Assembly: GCA_045863855.1 (NCBI GenBank)
Contig: BTVV01000051.1
Coordinates: 1 to 40,077, forward strand
Direction of reading: 5' to 3'
Source: Planctomycetota bacterium
GTDB lineage: Bacteria > Planctomycetota > SZUA-567 > H5-PLA8
Length of the DNA: 40,077 nucleotides
Positions within the stretch are counted from its first letter, which is position 1; every line of letters starts with the position of its first letter. Positions 9,646-17,001 of the stretch are shown piece after piece. The position numbers were made by a program, and so were the translations under genes. The notes beneath the pieces were generated by a model, which saw nothing but the letters and a program-made list of their open reading frames with translations, searched no databases and was not told the DNA's origin.

Positions 9646-10113
9646 ATGACTGCGCCAGCGTTTTCCGATTTGAGCGACGCGGAACGCGAATGGATCTCAG
9701 CCCAGCTTGAAGGCGCTCGGCATTTTGTAGGGGCGATGTCACCGGAGGACGCGACTGGACCGCTGACGCTCGAAGTCCTGGATCGCGCGTGGTCAGCTTG
9801 GCTGGGTCGCGGCTCTAGCGATCAAACCGAAGTTAACGCAATCGTGAACTTTGTCGGCATTCAATGGGGTCAGATGCTGGTGGATCGCTTGGGCTTTGCC
9901 TGGGTCATCGCAGACGACGGGCAGGGGACCGATTTGGCTGTCCGCGCGCTGCCCGGACAAGGCGACGTCGTGCTGTACCCCGCCAACTTCGTGGCGAAGC
10001 GTTGGGAGAAACGCGAAGCGAACTTCCTGGCCGTTTCTTTCGAATCGGTTCGCCAGCAGGTGGCGGCCGTCGCGGCCGGCCGCCCCTTGAAGCCTTGGTG
10101 GCGCTTCTGGTAG
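9646..10113 (+). CDS. DUF3806-like hypothetical protein
   Basis: ATG 9646 after AAGGAAG; pattern GxxWG...W...DDGQGTDLAV...LYPANFVAKRWE; C-terminal KPWWRFW tail. Confidence 0.6.
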   Translation: MTAPAFSDLSDAEREWISAQLEGARHFVGAMSPEDATGPLTLEVLDRAWSAWLGRGSSDQTEVNAIVNFVGIQWGQMLVDRLGFAWVIADDGQGTDLAVRALPGQGDVVLYPANFVAKRWEKREANFLAVSFESVRQQVAAVAAGRPLKPWWRFW

Positions 10114-10116
10114 CTG

Positions 10117-10866
10117 CTAGGCTCGCTCTTGGCGCAGCACTCCGTGGTGATGCCCGTCCTGCGGCCGGTTGAAGGCAAAGGTATTCGCGCGGCGGTCGTG
10201 GTCGGAGTGGTTCGCGTCGCTGCCGTGGATCACCAGCGCTCCGAAGAAGACGCAGTCGCCCGGCGCCATGGGCACCGCCACCGCGTCGCTGCGGGGATTG
10301 AAGTACCCCGGCAGGTAAATGCCGAAGCCGTACCCCGTATCCTTCTTGATGTGCTCCACCAGACCGCGCTTATGGCTGCCGGGGACGAACTGGATGCAGC
10401 CGTTCGTCGCTTCCGCCGGATCGATCGCCAGCATGCAGTTGATCTGGTGCGGCTCCGTAAACGCGCTCTTCCAGTAACCGAAATCCTGGTGCCATGGCGT
10501 GATCGTTCCGTCGCGCGCGGCCTTCATCAAAAGCTTGCTGTGAAAGTGCGCGATATTCGGCCCAAAGAGCCCTTCCACCACATCCAGGATCAGGTCGCTG
10601 TGCAGCAAGCGATTCAAACCGGGGCAGACGTTTTCGCTGTGCATGAGCTGTCGGATGCGCTTGGGACGGCCGGGCACCTGTTTGTCCCACGTCACGCCTA
10701 CGTTTTCGGGCGTATGCTCGGCCATGCGCTCGTGGAGCGACTTCGTTTCCGCGTCGATCAGCGCCATCCAATCCTTCGGAACCAGCCCACGCTTGAGTAA
10801 GTAGCCGTCGCGTTCGTAGGTGGCCAGTTCTTCCGCGCTCAGCGCCGGCGCCGTCTGGGTGCTCAT
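10117..10866 (-). CDS. Phytanoyl-CoA dioxygenase (PhyH) family 2OG-Fe(II) dioxygenase
   Basis: YERDGYL, TPWHQD (HxD), NGCIQFVPGSH, GDCVFF...IHGSDAN...RR. Confidence 0.9.
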   Translation of the reverse strand: MSTQTAPALSAEELATYERDGYLLKRGLVPKDWMALIDAETKSLHERMAEHTPENVGVTWDKQVPGRPKRIRQLMHSENVCPGLNRLLHSDLILDVVEGLFGPNIAHFHSKLLMKAARDGTITPWHQDFGYWKSAFTEPHQINCMLAIDPAEATNGCIQFVPGSHKRGLVEHIKKDTGYGFGIYLPGYFNPRSDAVAVPMAPGDCVFFGALVIHGSDANHSDHDRRANTFAFNRPQDGHHHGVLRQERA

Positions 10867-10945
10867 GTCGAAGGCCCTCAAGGTTCCAAGTTGACTGATT
10901 CTGCCTTATGGAAGTACCATACAACCTGGATTTTAGAGGCGCATC

Positions 10946-10980
10946 GGGAGGCTTTTGATAATAACTTGGATAATTCTGCT
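10946..10980 (-). promoter_or_regulatory. Putative AraC-type tandem half-sites (I1/I2-like) upstream of the PhyH gene
   Basis: GGA-N6-TG(A/C)T repeated with 21-bp period (10946-10959 and 10967-10980). The minus strand AGCAGAATTATCCA resembles E. coli araI1 TAGCATTTTTATCCATA. Candidate -10 TATGGT at 10921-10916. Confidence 0.5.
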
Positions 10981-11007
10981 CCGAAACGAAGCCGTACCGT
11001 GTTTACC

Positions 11008-11856
11008 ATGACCGGCTTTGCAAGCGAGTCGGCGCGGCGGCTGTACTGGTACGTCCACAACGGCGCGCACATGGTTTGCGGCCCCGATTTCGGGTGCGAC
11101 CGGCCCAGCTTCCACGGACACCAGATCATGTTCATGCTGCGCGGCCGCGGTTCGGGCGCCTATCGCGGAGAAGCGTGGGAGGCGCGCGGAGGGCAGGCGG
11201 TGCTGATGGACCTGCGCCAGCCGCACAGCTACTTTGCCGATCCGGACGATCCGTGGGAGATGTACTGGGTTCGCTTCGACGGGCCGGGCGTGGCGAATGT
11301 GACCAAAGCGCTGCTGGCCTCGGCCGGAAGCTGCGTCATTCCCTTCGCGTCGCGGGAGAAGCTCGACGAAGACTACCACGCGCTGGCTCGGTTGCTCGCC
11401 GAAGTGCCTCCCGGCTACGACGCGTGGGTCTGGCGGCATCTGGTGGCGCTCACAGCGAACCTGATCGAGGGACTGCGCCGTACGGGCCTGCCCGCCTCCC
11501 AGGATCTGACCGTCGCCCCCCACGCCGCGCCGGAGGGCATCGCCGCGGCCCTGGCTTACATGCGCTTTCAACACCAGCGCGCGCTCAGTATCGCGCAACT
11601 GGCGCAGACGGCGCACATGAGCGAATCGCATTTCATCCGCCGCTTCCGCGCCGTTACTGGATTCACGCCCATGGAGTACCTCGAGAAATTCCGCGTCGGC
11701 CGCGCCCAGGAACTGATGCAGGAGGAACCGGACCTCCGGCTGAGCGAGATCGCGCGCGCGGTGGGGTACGAAGATCCCGCCTATTTCAGCCGCGTTTTTC
11801 GCAAGCAGGTGGGTTTTTCGCCGCGCGCCTACCGCCGCCGGCTCCCGGTGGGGTAG
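11008..11856 (+). CDS. AraC family transcriptional regulator (cupin + HTH_18)
   Basis: Cupin N-domain (HSYFADPDDPWEMYWVRFDG); C-terminal LSEIARAVGYEDPAYFSRVFRKQVGFSPRAYR; start uncertain. Confidence 0.92.
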   Translation: MTGFASESARRLYWYVHNGAHMVCGPDFGCDRPSFHGHQIMFMLRGRGSGAYRGEAWEARGGQAVLMDLRQPHSYFADPDDPWEMYWVRFDGPGVANVTKALLASAGSCVIPFASREKLDEDYHALARLLAEVPPGYDAWVWRHLVALTANLIEGLRRTGLPASQDLTVAPHAAPEGIAAALAYMRFQHQRALSIAQLAQTAHMSESHFIRRFRAVTGFTPMEYLEKFRVGRAQELMQEEPDLRLSEIARAVGYEDPAYFSRVFRKQVGFSPRAYRRRLPVG

Positions 11857-11956
11857 GCCGCCCTTGCGCTTCGGGCCGGCATGGGGTACATATCCTAAAT
11901 CCATGCGCTCACTCGTGTGAGCAAATGCAAATTACCGAATCCGGAGCCGAGCTCCC

Positions 11957-14671
11957 ATGCCCGCCGCCGCCCGCCGATCGCGCCGTGATGCACTCCGAAC
12001 CTTCACCGGAGAGGCGCTCTCTCAGATCGCCTTTCCCTTGGGCGGAATCGGCACCGGCACCGTCTCGCTCGGCGGCCGCGGCGAACTGCGCGATTGGGAA
12101 ATCTGGAACCGGCCCAACAAGAATTCGACGCTTCCGCTGAGCTTTTTCGCCGTCTGGGCCAAGCCGGCCGCCAAGGACGCCGCGCCCGTCGCCAAAATTC
12201 TCGAACGCCGCGTCCTGCCGCCGTACCACGCCGGACACGGGCTCTCGCGCCATGCGCTGGGCGGTGTCGCACGCCTCGACGAAGCCACCTTCCAGGGCGA
12301 GTATCCCTTTGCGAAGATCGATTTCGCCGACCGCGAACTGCCCGTTAAAGCCAGCCTGGAGGCCTACACGCCCTTCATTCCGCTGCAGGAAGACGACAGC
12401 TCCTATCCCGTCGCGATCTTCAATTGGACCTTCCGTAATCCGACGAAGCAAAAGGTCGAACTGTCTCTGCTGGCCGCGCTGCACAATCCGATCGGCCGCT
12501 CGAACATCGGTGTGGAGAGCGAAATCAAGAGCGTGCTTAACCAATTCCGCGACGACGGCGGCGTGCGCGGGATCTGGTACACCGCGCCCGAACTGGGCCG
12601 CAACGATCCCAACTTCATGACCGCCGCGCTCGCCACGCCCTGGACCGATCTGGACGTGCAGACGCATCTGTACGATGGCGGCTGGTGGGACGCCGCGCAT
12701 CTGCTCTGGGACGATTTTGCCGAAGACGGCCGGCTCGCGCCGCGCGTCCTCAGCACCTACGGCCAAGCGGGTTCCGCGGGCGCCACCGAAAACGCGCGTG
12801 CCGGATTCTTCGATATCGTCCAATCCAAGCACAGCCGCGGCGTCGGCGCGATTTGCCTGCACGTCAGCCTCAAACCCGGAGAGTCGCGCACGCTCCCGGT
12901 CTATATCGCCTGGCATTCGCCGCATCTCAAGGCGTGGACCGATAATGTCGTCACGCGCACGTACGTCGGCACCCAATTTCAAGATGCTTGGGACGCAGCA
13001 GTCCGTTTGGAGGCCGAGAAGGAACGCCTCGATGCGCAAACGCGCGCATGGCACGCGGCGCTCTTCCAAAGCACGCTGCCGCCCGAAGTTCTCGACGCCG
13101 TCTCCAGCCAGGCTTCGATTATTCGCACCCAAACGTGCATTCGCCTGGCCGACGGACAGTTCTACGGCTGGGAAGGTTGCAGCGACAATGCCGGCTGCTG
13201 CAACGGGACGTGCACCCACGTCTGGAATTACGCGCAGTCGCTCGCGTTTCTGTTCCCCAAGCTCGAACGCAGCATCCGGCGCAACGAATTTCTCAACGCC
13301 ACGCGCCCCGACGGTTCGATGAGCTTCCGAGTCTCCATGCCGGCCAATGCGCGTGCCTGGACCCACGCGCCCGCCGCCGACGGGCAGATGGGCTGCATCG
13401 TTCGTGCGTACCGCGACTGGCAACTGAGCGGCGACGACGGCTTCCTGCGCGAGATCTGGCCCGGCCTCAAGCGCGCGCTCGAGTACGCCTGGACGGCGCC
13501 CCACGGCTGGGATCCCGACGCCGACGGCGTGATGGAGGGCTGCCAGCACAACACCTACGACATCGAGTTCTACGGGCCGAACACGATGATGGGCTCGTTG
13601 TACCTCGGCGCGCTCGAAGCCGCCGCGCGCATGGCCGAACACTTGGGCGAAACCAGTTCCGCGCGGCGCTATCGCGAGATCGCGGCTTCCGGGCGCGCGC
13701 GCATGGACCGTGAACTCTTCAACGGCGAGTACTACACCCAGAAGGTCGAAGTCCTTCCCGAACTGAACGTGCCTGACAAGCTTCGCGGGCCGCTCGATTT
13801 CGCTGCCGGCGAATGCGGTCCGGCCTGCGCCTGCAACGAACCGCCCGGCGGCAAGGCTCCGGCGCTCGTGCCCGGCAAAGACTTCGAGGTGAAGTATCAG
13901 TACGGCGAGGGCTGCCTCTCCGACCAGGTGCTCGGCCAGTGGGCCAGCCACGTGGCAGGACTGGGGCATGTCCTCGACGCCAAGCACGTTCGCTCCGCGG
14001 TCCGCGCCATCTATAAGCACAACTTCCGCAGCCCCATCGGCGGCTTCAGCAACGTCCAGCGCATCTACGCGCTCAACGACGATGCCGGCCTGCTGCTCTG
14101 CTCTTGGCCGCACGGCAACCGTCCCAAACTGCCATTCGTCTACTGCGACGAAGTCTGGACCGGCATCGAGTACCAGGTCGCGGCGCACCTGATCTACGAA
14201 GGCGCCGTTGCCGAAGGCCTCCGTGTGGTCGCCGCCATTCGCGAACGCCACGACGGCTTGAAGCGCAACCCCTGGAACGAGTTCGAATGCGGGCACCACT
14301 ACGCCCGCGCCATGGCCTCGTGGTCGGTGCTGTTGGCATTAAGCGGTTTTACGTTCAGCGCCGTCGAAAAGAAGCTGGGGTTCGCGCCGCGTACGAACGC
14401 CGAGAACTTCCGCTGCGCGTTCACTTCCGGTTCGGGGTGGGGGAGCTACGCGCAAAAGTCCGGCAAGGCTCGCTTCGACGCGGCGCTTGAACTGAGCGCG
14501 GGCCGCCTGGAATTGAATCGACTGGATTTGAACCTTCCTCGCGGAGCCCAACAGGTTCAGGCCACAGCCGCCGGAAAAACCATCGCCGCGGAAATCGACG
14601 GCGCAGGCGTGAACTTCCCCGCGGGCGTGAGCCTCGCGGCGGGCGAGAAGCTGGTCTTGGTCGTGAAGTAA
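11957..14671 (+). CDS. GH116 family glycoside hydrolase (GBA2-like glucosylceramidase/beta-glucosidase)
   Basis: FPLGGIGTG N-terminal motif, FYGWEG, GTCTHVWNY, QHNTYD, GCLSDQVLGQW, EVWTGIEY, NPWNEFECGHHYARAMASW; no obvious signal peptide. Confidence 0.9.
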   Translation: MPAAARRSRRDALRTFTGEALSQIAFPLGGIGTGTVSLGGRGELRDWEIWNRPNKNSTLPLSFFAVWAKPAAKDAAPVAKILERRVLPPYHAGHGLSRHALGGVARLDEATFQGEYPFAKIDFADRELPVKASLEAYTPFIPLQEDDSSYPVAIFNWTFRNPTKQKVELSLLAALHNPIGRSNIGVESEIKSVLNQFRDDGGVRGIWYTAPELGRNDPNFMTAALATPWTDLDVQTHLYDGGWWDAAHLLWDDFAEDGRLAPRVLSTYGQAGSAGATENARAGFFDIVQSKHSRGVGAICLHVSLKPGESRTLPVYIAWHSPHLKAWTDNVVTRTYVGTQFQDAWDAAVRLEAEKERLDAQTRAWHAALFQSTLPPEVLDAVSSQASIIRTQTCIRLADGQFYGWEGCSDNAGCCNGTCTHVWNYAQSLAFLFPKLERSIRRNEFLNATRPDGSMSFRVSMPANARAWTHAPAADGQMGCIVRAYRDWQLSGDDGFLREIWPGLKRALEYAWTAPHGWDPDADGVMEGCQHNTYDIEFYGPNTMMGSLYLGALEAAARMAEHLGETSSARRYREIAASGRARMDRELFNGEYYTQKVEVLPELNVPDKLRGPLDFAAGECGPACACNEPPGGKAPALVPGKDFEVKYQYGEGCLSDQVLGQWASHVAGLGHVLDAKHVRSAVRAIYKHNFRSPIGGFSNVQRIYALNDDAGLLLCSWPHGNRPKLPFVYCDEVWTGIEYQVAAHLIYEGAVAEGLRVVAAIRERHDGLKRNPWNEFECGHHYARAMASWSVLLALSGFTFSAVEKKLGFAPRTNAENFRCAFTSGSGWGSYAQKSGKARFDAALELSAGRLELNRLDLNLPRGAQQVQATAAGKTIAAEIDGAGVNFPAGVSLAAGEKLVLVVK

Positions 14672-14677
14672 GGCGAA

Positions 14678-15472
14678 TTACATTACCTTAAAAGCGATCA
14701 GCGTGATGTCGTCTTCCTGCGGCGCCGAGCCCAGGTGGCTGTGCACCGATTCCTCGATCAGATTGATCAGGTCGATCACGCTGACGGAATGATTGCGCAG
14801 CAGCAGGTCTTTGACGCGCTCGTCGCCGAACTCGTTCTTCTCGCGGTCCGGAGCTTCCACCAGCCCGTCCGTGTACTGAAAGAACAGATCGCCGGTCTGA
14901 AGCTGGATCGTCTCTTCCTTCATCACCGCCGGGAAGCGCTGCCCGGTCTTGTCCACGCCGATGACCATCCCGTTGGGCTTAACTTCCGTCACCGCCGGGG
15001 TGCGCGCCGGATTAACCAGATACGGCGGGTTATGCCCCGCGCGCGCGAATTTCAGAACCCGCGTCGAAGTGTCGATCACGCCGTAACTGGCCGAAAGGAA
15101 AGTCTCGCCGTCCAGATCCTGCGCCAGATCGGCGTTGGTGACGCTGAGCATGTCCTTGGGACTCTCGCGGCCCTTGGCGTAGATCTGCATGGCCTTTTTG
15201 GCCATACCCATAATGATCCCCGCCTCGATCCCGTGTCCCGAGACGTCGCCCATCGTCAGCCCGATGGTGTGGTCGTTGATCTGGATGAAGTCGTAGAAGT
15301 CGCCGGAGACGTTCGTCGCCGGAACGTACAGCGCGTGGAATTCGAATCCGGGCACCTTCGGGACTTTGGGCAGCATGCGCATCTGGCGCTTGGTCGCCAT
15401 CTTCATGCTCTTGCGCATTTCTTCCTGCTGCCGAATCTGCTGCGCAAGCTGTTTGAGACGTGAAGTATCCAC
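14678..15472 (-). CDS. PP2C/SpoIIE (RsbU-like) serine phosphatase, stand-alone
   Basis: VSGDFYDF, GDVSGHG, ARAGHNPP, YTDGLVEA, EDDITL; only a short coiled-coil N-terminus. Confidence 0.9.
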   Translation of the reverse strand: MDTSRLKQLAQQIRQQEEMRKSMKMATKRQMRMLPKVPKVPGFEFHALYVPATNVSGDFYDFIQINDHTIGLTMGDVSGHGIEAGIIMGMAKKAMQIYAKGRESPKDMLSVTNADLAQDLDGETFLSASYGVIDTSTRVLKFARAGHNPPYLVNPARTPAVTEVKPNGMVIGVDKTGQRFPAVMKEETIQLQTGDLFFQYTDGLVEAPDREKNEFGDERVKDLLLRNHSVSVIDLINLIEESVHSHLGSAPQEDDITLIAFKVM

Positions 15473-15742
15473 GTGAGTCCCAGTCCCGGGCGATCGATAG
15501 GAGGCGTATCAGCCAACCGATACAATCGTGCGAAAGCAGTATAACCAGACCGCGCGCACGGCGTCAATCGAGCGTCAATCGCTTGTGCGGAAATACCTTA
15601 CAAAGTCGTTGGCTGGAATCGCGAGGATTCCGTCCACCAGTCCGAGGTTCGGGCGCGCGCATACTTGCCCTTCTCGGTACAGTTTCGTAAGATGTGGACG
15701 GTCGAGCCCGTACCGGGCTCGCGAGCACGGAGCTAAATCGCC

Positions 15743-16168
15743 ATGCCTTACCCCGAAGAACTGGTCGCCCCCATGCGCGCCGAACTTACTTCTCTCGGCG
15801 TCGAGGAACTTCGCACCGGAGCGGCGGTCGAAACCTTCATGAAGCAGAACCACGGCACCGCGATGGTGATCGTCAATTCCGTCTGTGGCTGCGCGGCCGG
15901 CGGCGCGCGTCCGGGTGTGAAGTTGGCGCTCCAGAGCCCCAACCGCCCCGACAGGATCGCCACCGTCTTTGCCGGGCAGGACCAGGAAGCCACGGCCAAG
16001 GCGCGGAGCTACTTCTCGGACATTCCGCCGTCCAGCCCGTGCGTCGCGCTCTTCAAGGACGGCGAACTGGTCCATTTCGTGCCGCGCCATCTGATCGAAG
16101 GGCGCAGCCCGCAGATGATCGCGCAGGAACTGAAGGCGGCCTTCGAAGAACATTGCGTAAAGGCGTAA
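15743..16168 (+). CDS. BrxA/BrxB family bacilliredoxin (YphP/YqiW-like)
   Basis: MPYPEELVAPMRAELT start, VNSVCGCAAG (CGC motif), TVFAGQD, PPSSP, RHLIEGR. Confidence 0.92.
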   Translation: MPYPEELVAPMRAELTSLGVEELRTGAAVETFMKQNHGTAMVIVNSVCGCAAGGARPGVKLALQSPNRPDRIATVFAGQDQEATAKARSYFSDIPPSSPCVALFKDGELVHFVPRHLIEGRSPQMIAQELKAAFEEHCVKA

Positions 16169-16191
16169 GCTCGACCGGAATGAGGTAGCCC

Positions 16192-16899
16192 ATGGGTACG
16201 TTTCACCACGATAAGCACGAACTCCACGGCATTACCGTTGTCGTCGAGACGCCCGAGAAGGTCTTCGTCGGGCGCTGCGACGATATGGACGCCGCCGAGG
16301 TGATCCTCCTCGACGCCGACGAGCATACCGAAGGGCAGGGCGGGCGGAGCAAAGAAGAGTACCTCAAGCGCGCCGCCAAGTTCGGGGTCTGGAAGAAGCA
16401 CGCTCGAGTCTCGGTGCCGCGAGAGGAAGTCGCTTGGGTGCGTCGCCTCAGCGAATTCACACAGGGCATTCCGGCTGACTTGAAAGGCGGCATGGCCACC
16501 GCGACCGCCGTAGCCGAACCGCCGATTCAGGTGGCTGTGGCGCCCGCTCCGAAGCCGGCCGCCCCCGGCGCGCAGGATGTCGTGGTCCTGACCGAAGCCG
16601 CCAAGGAAGAAGTTCGCCGCCTCATCCGCGATGACAAGAAGGTCGGGTTGGGCCTGCGCCTGGCCGTGAGCGGCGGCGGCTGCTCGGGGCTCGTCTACAA
16701 ACTCGACTTCGACAAGAAGAAAGACGGCGACGTGGCCATCGTGTGCGAAGGCTTCGAGGTTTACCTCGACAAGAAGAGTACGATCTACTTGCGCGGCGTC
16801 ACGCTCGACCACCAGAAGGGCCTCAGCGGCAAGGGCTTCATCTTCAAGAACCCCAACGCCACGAACACCTGCGGCTGCGGCGAGAGCTTTTCCGTCTGA
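16192..16899 (+). CDS. A-type Fe-S carrier (IscA/SufA/HesB family) fused to an N-terminal domain of unknown function
   Basis: C-terminal ~110 aa with LRLAVSGGGCSGL and NPNATNTCGCGESF (three conserved Cys); N-terminal ~90 aa domain plus Ala/Pro linker. Confidence 0.88.
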   Translation: MGTFHHDKHELHGITVVVETPEKVFVGRCDDMDAAEVILLDADEHTEGQGGRSKEEYLKRAAKFGVWKKHARVSVPREEVAWVRRLSEFTQGIPADLKGGMATATAVAEPPIQVAVAPAPKPAAPGAQDVVVLTEAAKEEVRRLIRDDKKVGLGLRLAVSGGGCSGLVYKLDFDKKKDGDVAIVCEGFEVYLDKKSTIYLRGVTLDHQKGLSGKGFIFKNPNATNTCGCGESFSV

Positions 16900-17001
16900 C
16901 GCGTGGCGTGCGTGCCAGGACGTGCAGGCGGCATGCCTTGAATCTCGGCCTGGGAGTCCGCGCGCTTTCCAATCGAGCGCACTACCCTTAGTCTTCACTC
17001 C

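Noticed and set aside
11909..14299. 796-aa minus-strand ORF
   Set aside because: Antisense shadow of the GH116 gene; no motifs; typical of high-GC codon bias.
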